In this document: piece after piece, positions 37,381-46,414 of the stretch
How the letters are laid out: every line of letters begins with the position of its first letter
How positions within the stretch are numbered: the stretch's first letter is position 1
Assembly (NCBI GenBank): GCA_017302875.1
Contig: JAFLCA010000002.1
Location: 1,118-65,117 of the forward strand
Direction of reading: 5' to 3'
Length of the DNA: 64,000 nucleotides
Origin: Deltaproteobacteria bacterium
Lineage (GTDB): Bacteria; Bdellovibrionota_C; UBA2361; JAFLCA01
Position numbers and translations under genes: made by a program
The notes under the pieces: generated by a model
What the model was told of the DNA's origin: nothing
The model's database searches: none
Seen by the model: only the letters and a program-made list of their open reading frames with translations

Positions 37381-39366
37381 TTACTGCGGCTTCTGCGCCT
37401 CAGGATTTGCGTTCGCCTTGGGATTCACGAGGAACCATGCGTACGAATATCCGACCGGGCTCCACGGAGTATGATTCAAGGAATAGCCAAGAAATCGCTT
37501 CAGGGTCATCAGTCGCAAATCTGGAACCCACCAACCTCGTAAATTAATGCGCTGCGCGCGGAACTGCTCAGGCGCTGGCGGTTCATTGTCTTTCCAGTCA
37601 CGAATAATGTAGTCGAACTTCGCATACTCTTCGGCAGGAGCCTGGAATTTGTATTGCGGGATATCTCGCATATACCATGTCATTGGCCAGGTTGATTCTC
37701 CCATCACCAGGAGCTGAGGTTTGTACCCTTTTGTCTCCGTGGCAATCTCTTCCTTGATGGTGTTGGCGATGCCGTGAATTTCTTGAGTGGTATGAACCTG
37801 GCTTATGTACTCACGTGCTTCACCGGCATAGACATAGTTCGTCAAAATGGCCGCACGGGTCGTATAGATACAGAACAGCGCCAGCAAGAACCACTTCAAG
37901 TTCACGGTTCCGAGCATTCCAGCCGCGCGAAAGCTCATCCCCAACACGATCAGAAAAACTCCGCTCGCCACCCAGAAGAGATTCTCAGGGCTGCCTTCAT
38001 CAGCTGTGAAAAGAACGCCCAAGACAAGGACAATGATGCCCGTGCTGCGAATCAGTCGGGCCACCGAAAAATGCTGCCAATCGCTCACAGGAAAACGGCG
38101 GAAATAATCATCAAAATAGAGCGCTAGGTAGATCAAACCTGCAATGAAGGGGTACGTGGTCAGCCACGGAACCTTCTCCCCGAGATAACTGTACGTGCAA
38201 AAGTTTGCTAAGAACAAATAGCCAAAAAAGGCTAAGCGTCGATTGCGTTCAAGCAGGTGCACGACCGTCGTTAACACCGCCTGCGGCACTAAAATTAAAA
38301 AGCCGCACACGTCGTAGGCGTCCTTGAGCTTCAACAATCCGAGATACTTGTAGTCAGCGATCGTCTTGTCACTGAGGTATAGAGAAACGACCAAAGCCAT
38401 GACGAAAATAACAACGCCGCATACCTGCACCCAGCGCGCAGCGCTTCGGTAGAATGTCCAAAGGTACAAGCCAAAGGCGACAATGAAGGCCAATTCGTAC
38501 CAGGACAGCATATAGAAATGAAAAAGCCAGGGCCCGGTAATGCGATCGATATTGTGCTGATGCATCCAGTAGCCCAGGCTCTCGCGGTACAAACCGTCCA
38601 AGATACCCTGCATGTAACGGAATCCTGCACTGTAAAGATAGCAGTAAATGAAAACTCCCAAGCAGACAGCATTTAGCACCGCAAATGAGTGCGTCTTTAT
38701 GTGTCGAGCCATCTGCGCAAAGAGTGGGTTCTTATCTCCAAGCGCCTGAGCAGCGAAGCAATATTCAAACACCAAATAGCCGAACAAGATCGCGACCGTC
38801 ACATAGGCATTCTCTTTAATGCAGAACTGTAAGGTCAGTGCGACAAAAAAGATCAGCGCCTTACGACCGGGAGCGGCCAAGGTCGCGCCGTACAGCATTG
38901 CGACCATGCAGGCGATGATAAGCGTGTCCTCGCGTAAGAATCGGGACCAGTAAATTAGGGTCGGAGACAAAGCAACAGCCGCCGTAAGTGCCAATACTGC
39001 AAATCGCGAAAAGTAGTGCCGAAACAGGAAAGGAACAAAGATCAGACAAGAGCCAACGAAGTTAATCGGAACTCGCGAAGCCCAGTCTCCCTGACCAAGC
39101 GTGTTGTACACGATGCGATACAAATTATAGAGAAAGGGCCCGTGGAGGAGCGCTTGATAGCGATAGTAGTTCTGATCCGGGAAATCAAAAAAATATTTCC
39201 CATACATGCCATGCAAGGACTCATCGTGATGAAAGGGACGCATGTCCAGGGCGAACCAGCGCAGCAGCAAGCCCCCGGCAATCAGAAGGACAAACACGCC
39301 CCATTCCAGTGGGGAGAAGAAATCACGCGCACGCGACTCAGGGGGAGCGGTCTGCTCTAGACTCAT
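37381..39366 (-). CDS. TIGR03663-like / GT39-like polytopic membrane glycosyltransferase
   Basis: 661 aa. LLLRWFALDMRPFHHDESLHGMYGKYFF...LLHGPFLY...ALSPTLIYWSRFLRED pattern. Confidence 0.6.
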   Translation of the reverse strand: MSLEQTAPPESRARDFFSPLEWGVFVLLIAGGLLLRWFALDMRPFHHDESLHGMYGKYFFDFPDQNYYRYQALLHGPFLYNLYRIVYNTLGQGDWASRVPINFVGSCLIFVPFLFRHYFSRFAVLALTAAVALSPTLIYWSRFLREDTLIIACMVAMLYGATLAAPGRKALIFFVALTLQFCIKENAYVTVAILFGYLVFEYCFAAQALGDKNPLFAQMARHIKTHSFAVLNAVCLGVFIYCYLYSAGFRYMQGILDGLYRESLGYWMHQHNIDRITGPWLFHFYMLSWYELAFIVAFGLYLWTFYRSAARWVQVCGVVIFVMALVVSLYLSDKTIADYKYLGLLKLKDAYDVCGFLILVPQAVLTTVVHLLERNRRLAFFGYLFLANFCTYSYLGEKVPWLTTYPFIAGLIYLALYFDDYFRRFPVSDWQHFSVARLIRSTGIIVLVLGVLFTADEGSPENLFWVASGVFLIVLGMSFRAAGMLGTVNLKWFLLALFCIYTTRAAILTNYVYAGEAREYISQVHTTQEIHGIANTIKEEIATETKGYKPQLLVMGESTWPMTWYMRDIPQYKFQAPAEEYAKFDYIIRDWKDNEPPAPEQFRAQRINLRGWWVPDLRLMTLKRFLGYSLNHTPWSPVGYSYAWFLVNPKANANPEAQKPQ

Positions 39367-39414
39367 GGCTTTCTTTAAGAGTTCAGGTAAACGCTATAGA
39401 CTATGAGGTATAGG

Positions 39415-40776
39415 CTATACTTTGAAGGTGCTCTCCTCAACACCCTTCAGCATATAGTCAGCCCATTCCACGCCCTGCATAAAGGAGTGATCCTGATTGG
39501 CGACCTCGTATTTCCAGCCACCGAATCGGCCTCGCGAGTAAACGCCCAGCTTTTGAAGGGCCGGCATCACGTCCTTAATAATGGCATCACGCTCCAATGA
39601 CGGGGTCGGATACCCGTATGGAGCATGGAAGGTCCACGTCGATACGATCTGATCTTTGTCGGAAATGAGCTTGGTATTACGCAACCCGGAAATGGTCTCC
39701 TCCAGAAGCGTTTTGTGGTTCACTGGTTTTGCCGGAGACTCGCTGGTTTCAGTCATCAGAGAAAACTGCGTCTTTATATCAGGAACATTGAGAGGACTGT
39801 ATTTGGAAAACAAAGTGACGCGGTAGAAGGGACAGTCGCTTTCCGGAAAGTACATCCAGCATTTGCTTTCAAGTTCAGGCTTGGGCTGTCCGCGTAGTCC
39901 CACGCCAACAATATTTGTTGAAGAATACTTCAGACCACCTGCGCGTTGCTTTAGGGCATCCGGTATTTCACTAACCAGCCCTGCGCAAATATCAAGCGGC
40001 ATGGTTGAGAGCAGATGCTCATACTGCACGCTGCTTCCATCCGAGAGCAGCACCGAGCGCTCTTGAGCATTAATTCTAGTGACGGTGCAGTTCGTGCGGG
40101 TCTTATCAGCTCCTACCATCTTGCCGACGGCATGCCAGATTGCACCAGTTCCTCCCTGCTTGGGAAAACGAAATTTGTTGTTCGGCCCCCAGGAAACATC
40201 ATCGCGCTCAAGTATTACATTCTCGAGCACTCGGTTCAGATCAACAACTGAAACTCGCTCCCCGATCCAATGATAGGCCAGCTCAGTAAGCGGATAGGCC
40301 CATACCTTGAAGTTATAGGGGTTCATGAACTCTTCGCCGATTCCGGCACCAAAGATCGACTGCGTCCATTCCGCAAAGTTCGCGGGCTTACGGGCAAGTG
40401 GATTCTTGGTGATTTCAATGATGCCCTTGAGGCACTTCCACACGGATTCTTTAGGCAGATAGCGAATGTTATTTTGGAAGGGATAGGGCACGAAGCGATT
40501 CTTTATCCATACCCAAGACTCTCGTTCATGCTCGAGCCAGCCGTCCTTGCCGAGCGATAAATCCATGACGTCATCGAAATACTTGTAGTGCGAGAACTGC
40601 ACGTGCCCGCCGATATCCCACCAAAATCCGGCATCATCTTTAAAGCTCGTGGCTAGCCCACCAACCCAAGGGTTTTTCTCCAGCAGTAAATAGTCCTGCT
40701 CGCCGAGATCTTTGAGACGATAGGCAGCACCAAGCCCTGTCGGGCCGGCACCAAGGATGAGGTATTTTACTTTCAT
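39415..40776 (-). CDS. glf: UDP-galactopyranose mutase, eukaryote-type (long form)
   Basis: 453 aa with FAD motif ILGAGPTGLGAAYRL. Shared blocks include GGHVQFSHYKYFDD, VPYPFQNNI, PYNFKVWAYP, WIGERV and WGPNNKFRFPKQGGTGAIW. Further blocks are CWMYFPESDCPFYRVTLFSKYSP, YGYPTPSLERD and SRGRFGGWKYEVANQDHSFMQGVE. These match my recollection of fungal/protozoan UGM sequences. Confidence 0.7.
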   Translation of the reverse strand: MKVKYLILGAGPTGLGAAYRLKDLGEQDYLLLEKNPWVGGLATSFKDDAGFWWDIGGHVQFSHYKYFDDVMDLSLGKDGWLEHERESWVWIKNRFVPYPFQNNIRYLPKESVWKCLKGIIEITKNPLARKPANFAEWTQSIFGAGIGEEFMNPYNFKVWAYPLTELAYHWIGERVSVVDLNRVLENVILERDDVSWGPNNKFRFPKQGGTGAIWHAVGKMVGADKTRTNCTVTRINAQERSVLLSDGSSVQYEHLLSTMPLDICAGLVSEIPDALKQRAGGLKYSSTNIVGVGLRGQPKPELESKCWMYFPESDCPFYRVTLFSKYSPLNVPDIKTQFSLMTETSESPAKPVNHKTLLEETISGLRNTKLISDKDQIVSTWTFHAPYGYPTPSLERDAIIKDVMPALQKLGVYSRGRFGGWKYEVANQDHSFMQGVEWADYMLKGVEESTFKV

Positions 40777-40789
40777 AAGCGCGTTCTTA

Positions 40790-41566
40790 TTAGCGTCCGC
40801 GCAAATTTAGAGCAGCACGCTGGGCTTTAATATCCTTGAGTGCGGAGGGAAGCGCCAATCGAAAATCGATTAATTCTCGCACGCAGCGTAAGCAGGCTTT
40901 TATAAGTCGCCAGCGAACAATAGAGACAGTTCCCGTTTCGCGTTCGCGATGCGTTATTGGAATAGCCATCAAGTCTTGACCGTCGCGCGCGGCCAGAACT
41001 GCCAAGAAAATGTTCGGTGCAAAAACTGTTGGGTTAATATGCCCAAGCAAAATCTTTAAGTAGTCACCCTGAATGAGCCTGAATGGAATATTGGAGTCCC
41101 GCAGCCAGGAGCCAAAGAGCACAAAATTTAAAACGCGCAGAATGCGAGTGATAACGAGTCGATGGAAAGCATCGTGGCGGTCACGACGAAACCCTAAGAT
41201 AAAATTTGACTGCGAGCGCTTATTCCAAAGTATCGCGAGCTCTGCACTATCGAACTGATCGTCGCTGTCGACATGGAAAACCCATTGCGCACCAAGCTCA
41301 ACAGCCTTGTCGTAGGCTGTCCGTAAGGCCTTACCATGCCCGCCGTTAGTCTGATGCACCACCACAAGTTTCGGGTAGGTTTTAGCCGCCTCATCAAGCA
41401 TGGCGCCCGTACGATCTTTTGAACCGTCGTTGACGACGATTAACAGTCCCGATTCGAGACCAAGGCCGTCGATGGCGCTGATCCATTTTTTGACTACGTC
41501 TTTAATGCAGCCCTCTTCGTTGTAGGCCGGCATAACGATGCAAAGTTCAGGGCGCGAAGTCGGCAT
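40790..41566 (-). CDS. Glycosyltransferase family 2, Dpm1/Ppm1-like (candidate polyprenyl-phosphate hexosyltransferase)
   Basis: 258 aa. CIVMPAYNEEGCI...VVNDGSKDRT...GGHGKALRTAY...HVDSDDQ GT-A motifs. The polyprenyl-phosphate acceptor is inferred from its position next to the GT-C genes. Confidence 0.6.
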   Translation of the reverse strand: MPTSRPELCIVMPAYNEEGCIKDVVKKWISAIDGLGLESGLLIVVNDGSKDRTGAMLDEAAKTYPKLVVVHQTNGGHGKALRTAYDKAVELGAQWVFHVDSDDQFDSAELAILWNKRSQSNFILGFRRDRHDAFHRLVITRILRVLNFVLFGSWLRDSNIPFRLIQGDYLKILLGHINPTVFAPNIFLAVLAARDGQDLMAIPITHRERETGTVSIVRWRLIKACLRCVRELIDFRLALPSALKDIKAQRAALNLRGR

Positions 41567-41812
41567 GAGGTACCTGGAATTTAAGGAACTGTATTAACAG
41601 CGGTTTTTTCTAAAGCTAGCCGGTTTAGGCAGTAACTTCAATAAGTTAAATAACTTAGTCGTCAGCTTTTAGATGCGGCTAAACGACAAACTCCAGACTC
41701 AAATTAACGCAATAATATTAGTGGGTTAAAGATTATTTGAAGCATTGTTATATTTCCTGCTGATAGATAAGTGGGGGACAGGGTGTGAAGTGTGCAATCG
41801 CGAGAGATTCGT

Positions 41813-42358
41813 ATGCGTGTGTCATCAAAATCCCCCCTTCGAGAACGCGGCGGCGTTATCACCGAGTGCGTGCTGGTAATCCCCGTCATGCTGGTTCTCT
41901 TTACCGGCCTTACTGAGCTGGGTCGAACCTTCTCCCAGATAAACTGGGTCGCCAATATTTCCTACGAAGTTGCTATGGTCGGCGCCAGCGTATCCGAGAC
42001 TGCCGGTGGCGCGCTTGCAATGGACGGGCGCTATGCTCAGCTTAGTGCGATTCCGTACTACAAAGTCACCTTGCCGAGCGATCCAACCTCCAAGGTCTAC
42101 AATCAGACTGACCTACACGTCAGCGGGCAACCACCTCGAAGCGTTGAAGTTGCTATCCATGCGACACTACCCACGTTGCTGTCACATGTATCACCCACCT
42201 TTGACGTACGCGCGACCGCGCCGATTTTGGTGCTTTCGAATGTGCTCCCGGGGGGACTCAGCACCTTTAGCAATCCAAATCCGCTTTATGACTGCTGCGG
42301 CCGCGAGTATTCGGGCGCGCCCATTGATACGTGCTTGAATCCCCCGCCCGCTTGCTAG
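41813..42358 (+). CDS. TadE-like pseudopilin-type protein (cassette A, gene 1)
   Basis: MRVSSKSPLRERG|GVITECVLVIPVMLVLFTGLTELGR is a TadE-type N-terminus with Glu at +5 after the Gly. The upstream GTG at 41792 is an alternative start. The C-terminus is Cys/Pro-rich. Confidence 0.65.
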   Translation: MRVSSKSPLRERGGVITECVLVIPVMLVLFTGLTELGRTFSQINWVANISYEVAMVGASVSETAGGALAMDGRYAQLSAIPYYKVTLPSDPTSKVYNQTDLHVSGQPPRSVEVAIHATLPTLLSHVSPTFDVRATAPILVLSNVLPGGLSTFSNPNPLYDCCGREYSGAPIDTCLNPPPAC

Positions 42359-42502
42359 TTGAACGCTAAGATACTCCATTGAGGAAAGGCGACACGCGCA
42401 ATAGAATCAATGGATTAAGCGGCCCGCGATCTTTTTAAGCCCTTTTTGATAGAACTGTGTCGTACGCTGGTGCGGCGCTTTGGACTTTAAACAAGTCGGT
42501 AC

Positions 42503-43900
42503 ATGCGTTTGTTTTCTCGTAGAATTTTCAGCAGCAAGCTTCCCGCCCAAGACGGTGCCTCATTTATTGAAGCGGCGCTGACGTTGCCAATATTTTTGAT
42601 GGTGCTTCTCTTCACTATCGACATGGCGCGCTTCTTCTTTATTTGGGCAGTGATTAATTTTGCCGCCCACCACGCGGTCGATTACGCTGCGAAGATCGAA
42701 GTCGAGGCGCGAACAGATGAGGCAAGCTGCTTCTCGCAACCGGCAAGCTGCACCGATTATCGAAATCGAATTTTATCTCCAACCGGCGTACTCGCCAAAG
42801 CCGAGAGGTACGCGAAATATGCCGCAACCGAAGGCCCCAGTGCTTCCCAACTTGTCCCTTTTAATCACTATTGGAACCCGGACTACACGCAAGCACCGCC
42901 TGCTGGCCACTATGGATCAGGCCTTGTTGCGAGCGGCAACATTCGATTGGCAGGATTTTTACGCCCTGGCGAGTACATTCGCCGAGAAGACGGGAGCGGG
43001 CAGTTTATAGAGCATCCGACCCGTAAGCCTTTAACGGATCACTTGTATTGGCCTGGAATCAGCGAGAACTGGGCGACTATTTTAGAGAACAATCCGCTGC
43101 TCGTGCACATCGAAGTGCGCTTCAAGGCAGTAACACCGTTCATCCCTGAGTTGCGCATCGTTGCCAATCAGATTGCGTATCGCCGCAGCCGTACGCCGGG
43201 AATCGGCGGGCCGATTACTCCAATTCCATCGAACACCCCAACAGCGACAGCAACGGCGACGGCATCCAACACGTTCACGCCGCGACCTTCAGAGACAGCA
43301 ACCGCGACCGCTTCTCCGACGGAGACGACCACTCCGACGCAGACGGCAACCATGACACCAACGGGCACCGAGACCCCAACGGCAACTCAAACTCCCACGG
43401 GAACCGCTACTCCAACTTTTAGCCCGACTGGAACGGTAACCCCAACGCCATCGCTATCACCAACGCCGACGCAGACGCCAACATTTACGGCAACGCCAAC
43501 AGCTACCCCAACTCCGACACCGACGGGTACGCCAACGCCGACACCAACGTATACGACTAGCCCCACACCAAGCATCACTCCGACCGAATCGCCAACGGGA
43601 ACCGTAACTCCAACGGCCACTCAATCTCCCACGGCCACACAGTCGCCAACTCCATCGTTAACGCCGAGTGAAACACCGACAGCCACGGCAACACCGACTC
43701 ACACGGCCACACGCACGCCTACAGCAACCCCAACTCCGAGCCTCACGGCGACTGCAACGCCCACGCATACGGCAACTATAACACCAACTCCTACTCATAC
43801 ACCGACGGTTCATTGTGGTGATTGCGTAACGAATGGCTGCCAGCAGGACTGTCGTGAATACTGTTGTTCAAGTGGCTGCGGCGATTTGTGCGGAGGATAA
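42503..43900 (+). CDS. TadE-like N-terminus + globular domain + Thr/Pro-rich stalk + Cys-rich C-terminal tail (cassette A, gene 2)
   Basis: 465 aa. ...PAQDG|[28 protein letters not shown] at the N-terminus. Residues about 231-436 are almost entirely T/P/A/S. The last 28 aa are [28 protein letters not shown]. Confidence 0.75.
   Translation: MRLFSRRIFSSKLPAQDGASFIEAALTLPIFLMVLLFTIDMARFFFIWAVINFAAHHAVDYAAKIEVEARTDEASCFSQPASCTDYRNRILSPTGVLAKAERYAKYAATEGPSASQLVPFNHYWNPDYTQAPPAGHYGSGLVASGNIRLAGFLRPGEYIRREDGSGQFIEHPTRKPLTDHLYWPGISENWATILENNPLLVHIEVRFKAVTPFIPELRIVANQIAYRRSRTPGIGGPITPIPSNTPTATATATASNTFTPRPSETATATASPTETTTPTQTATMTPTGTETPTATQTPTGTATPTFSPTGTVTPTPSLSPTPTQTPTFTATPTATPTPTPTGTPTPTPTYTTSPTPSITPTESPTGTVTPTATQSPTATQSPTPSLTPSETPTATATPTHTATRTPTATPTPSLTATATPTHTATITPTPTHTPTVHCGDCVTNGCQQDCREYCCSSGCGDLCGG
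43193..43810 (+). repeat. Degenerate in-frame ACN/CCN repeat region encoding the Thr/Pro stalk
   Basis: Runs of TPTATxTPTxT peptide units, seen in the nucleotide sequence as repeated acg/aca/acc-cca/ccg/ccc codons. The mirror V/G-rich ORFs on the opposite strand are artefacts. Confidence 0.85.
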
Positions 43901-43958
43901 GTTGATGCAGACTTTTGACCTGCCTCACATTGCGAATAGTCTCTAAGAGGTTTTAGCT

Positions 43959-46184
43959 ATGCGCCAAGAAAAAGGTCTCTATATCGTATTCTTCGCTCTC
44001 CTGCTTTTCGTGCTGCTCGGATTAGTGGCGCTGGCGCTCGGCCTCGGCTACATCGGCACTAATAAGACTCGCCTGCAAAATGGCGTCAACTTAGCCGCTC
44101 TCGCGGCGCTTGAGAAATTCGCCGGTTTACCTCAGAGCGATTCGTACCTAGTGCGCGCCGACAAAGCCCGCGATCGGGCGAGTGAGATTTTTGCAGCAAA
44201 TATTTTACCCGGTGTAGAGCACCCCTTGGGAGAACTTGGCCACCATGGCGCAGCCGGGCCCGGTGGAACAATTACCCTTGGCAACTGGTATCAGAAGAAA
44301 CCAAATCCCGTCGACGATCCCTGCACGGGAAGCTACCCCTGCTTCGTCGCGAACCCCGATCCAAGCGGTTCCGTGCCTAACAACCAACCAATGAATGCAG
44401 TGCGTATTGAAGCCCACAATCAAAGCAACAATCCGCTGCTTTTCAGACTTGGAAGATTTTTAGGAAAAGATAGCTTCATCCTGTCGTCGAGCGCCACAGC
44501 GACGGTCGTTCCACGCTGTACCGCGTACTTGATGGACGTTAGCGATTCATCTTACTTCGAAACTCATCCAACGTTGCCGATTGGATCAAGCCAGGTAAAT
44601 TCCTGCATTACTCCTGGCAGTGTTCCCCCGGCCTGCCCGGACCCTAGCTGCCTTCCCGGATGTTTAGCCGGAGAACCTGCATGTTATGGCGGCTGTAATC
44701 CTTACAAAACAGCGAATTTAAGCGTCACACCGATTAATTTTGGTCTTGGCGCATATCGGTATAGCCCTCAGTACACGCCAACTCATTTGGAATGCGCAGC
44801 TTCGACGAACTACGATCTGGGCAACCAACTTTCCCGTCAGACAGTGTATTGGTGTAACTCGCCTCATATTGGCGCCCCTGATGGAGCACGTCCCGGCGTT
44901 CCACCTTCCTCAGGCATCTTCCGTCACTATCAGTCAGACTATGAACTAGAAGATTCACCGCTTCCAGGAGGCGGCGTTGGTCAAATCTGGGTTGATAAAC
45001 TGTATGTCGCAGGGGCAACGGCGGCAGACCCAGTGTACGATGGTCCGCAACCCTTCACTCGGAATTTTTTGGCCTTCAACGCCGGGCTGCGACAAGTTCA
45101 GTCCACGACAGTTGGCGGAGATCTTTCCTATATCATGGCTTTCACCGGACAGCCGCGCAGTTCAGTTCCAGCCACGGGATTAACTTCGGATTTGGGATTC
45201 CTGATTCAATTAACCAATCTCGACAACCGTGGAAAAAGAGATTGGCAAGGCGTTCCTGTAACTACAGAAATCCACCCCAATTTTATTGATTTCGGCTGGG
45301 CACCGTTTCCGGGCGAAGGATTCGACTCAACCAGCGCGATTGGAAATGCTGTGTATTTCGCAGCCGAGCGCCTTCACTCCAGCTGCCCGTCGCAGTCGCG
45401 CAAAACTATTTTGCTGGCATCTGACGGACAAGCCAACACTCACTTCGGCGCGATTCCGGAACCGCAGGGCCTAAACGGATACAACAACTATGTCGCAGCC
45501 GTAAATCAACTTCTTAATACTTCGATCCCGGTACTCGGCGGCGGCCCCAATAAACCGCCGATTCTACAGATGCTCAAAGAGTATGAAATTTCATTCTCGA
45601 TGATTATGGACGGGTTCCATATTGCACCGAACTTTCTCAACATAGCGAGCGGTGAGTGCGGAGCGGCGTCGACTTGGACACCGGGTTCCGGCTTCGGAAA
45701 TGACGACCCGAAGTGCTATTTTTCCTTTCAGGAAGGTTACGCGCACGGCTTTGGCGGCAAACGTTCCCCTTCGCCCCTGTTTGACTGGGAAAGCTACGAC
45801 CCCTCTGGAACACCGACCGATCCAGCGACCGCGTACGACAACGCCGGAAGAATTCCTGGCTGGTCATTCGGAGATCCGATTGGGGTATGGAGCGACGTTG
45901 CGCTGGAGACCGGCGGGTATTTCTGCCCACTTCTGGCAGTTGCGCCAGTCGGGCAGTATGTCGACTTTTATGGCGATCGCGGCGGAGCTGCTTGTGATGC
46001 TCCCTGTCCAGGCGGGGTAAATTGCAGCCCCTGTGTACTACGCAGCGCGGCACGAAATCCCAATCCAGGTCAAAACATTCAGAAGTTTGCACCGCAGTAC
46101 ACTAGGAAAAGCGAGCAGGCAGCGCAGTGCGCGCGTCAGGCAGTTGGACTCAATCCATTTACCCTGGTCGAGAAAGACAATTAA
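43959..46184 (+). CDS. TadG-like protein with N-terminal hydrophobic helix and vWA domain (cassette A, gene 3)
   Basis: 741 aa. MRQEKGLYIVFFALLLFVLLGLVALALGLGYIG matches the Tad/TadG N-terminal pattern. MIDAS DVSDS at 44535-44549, later LLASDGQAN. Good AAGAGG Shine-Dalgarno. Confidence 0.7.
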   Translation: MRQEKGLYIVFFALLLFVLLGLVALALGLGYIGTNKTRLQNGVNLAALAALEKFAGLPQSDSYLVRADKARDRASEIFAANILPGVEHPLGELGHHGAAGPGGTITLGNWYQKKPNPVDDPCTGSYPCFVANPDPSGSVPNNQPMNAVRIEAHNQSNNPLLFRLGRFLGKDSFILSSSATATVVPRCTAYLMDVSDSSYFETHPTLPIGSSQVNSCITPGSVPPACPDPSCLPGCLAGEPACYGGCNPYKTANLSVTPINFGLGAYRYSPQYTPTHLECAASTNYDLGNQLSRQTVYWCNSPHIGAPDGARPGVPPSSGIFRHYQSDYELEDSPLPGGGVGQIWVDKLYVAGATAADPVYDGPQPFTRNFLAFNAGLRQVQSTTVGGDLSYIMAFTGQPRSSVPATGLTSDLGFLIQLTNLDNRGKRDWQGVPVTTEIHPNFIDFGWAPFPGEGFDSTSAIGNAVYFAAERLHSSCPSQSRKTILLASDGQANTHFGAIPEPQGLNGYNNYVAAVNQLLNTSIPVLGGGPNKPPILQMLKEYEISFSMIMDGFHIAPNFLNIASGECGAASTWTPGSGFGNDDPKCYFSFQEGYAHGFGGKRSPSPLFDWESYDPSGTPTDPATAYDNAGRIPGWSFGDPIGVWSDVALETGGYFCPLLAVAPVGQYVDFYGDRGGAACDAPCPGGVNCSPCVLRSAARNPNPGQNIQKFAPQYTRKSEQAAQCARQAVGLNPFTLVEKDN

Positions 46185-46414
46185 ATCGGGCGTTCCCTAG
46201 CGTGCGTTTACGCATCAAAACCTCTTACCGAGGGAGCTGAACGGCTCTGCGCAGGGTGAAAATCTACGAGTTTTTCCTAGTATGGCTACGATGTACTTGG
46301 ATTTCTCGCCAGTTACCGCACTTCACCTGAAGCAAAAGTAAACTACCCCCTCTAAAGAGCCGATAGGTGACATAGGAGCTTCATGCTGGGGCTTCTTAAA
46401 CATATTGTGAAATC

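Noticed and set aside
43168-43620. Minus-strand ORFs encoding Val/Gly-rich peptides (43168-43368, 43387-43620; likewise 48071-48343 and 48386-48772).
   Set aside because: They are the reverse-complement reading of the ACN/CCN Thr/Pro codon repeats. They lie fully inside better-supported + strand genes and have no independent start context.
43886-43897. C-terminal Gly-Gly of both stalked proteins as a ubiquitin-like conjugation or GlyGly-CTERM sorting signal.
   Set aside because: No beta-grasp domain precedes it and no TM helix or basic tail follows it. With only two sequences the shared GG may be coincidence. It is noted in the findings, but no mechanism is claimed.
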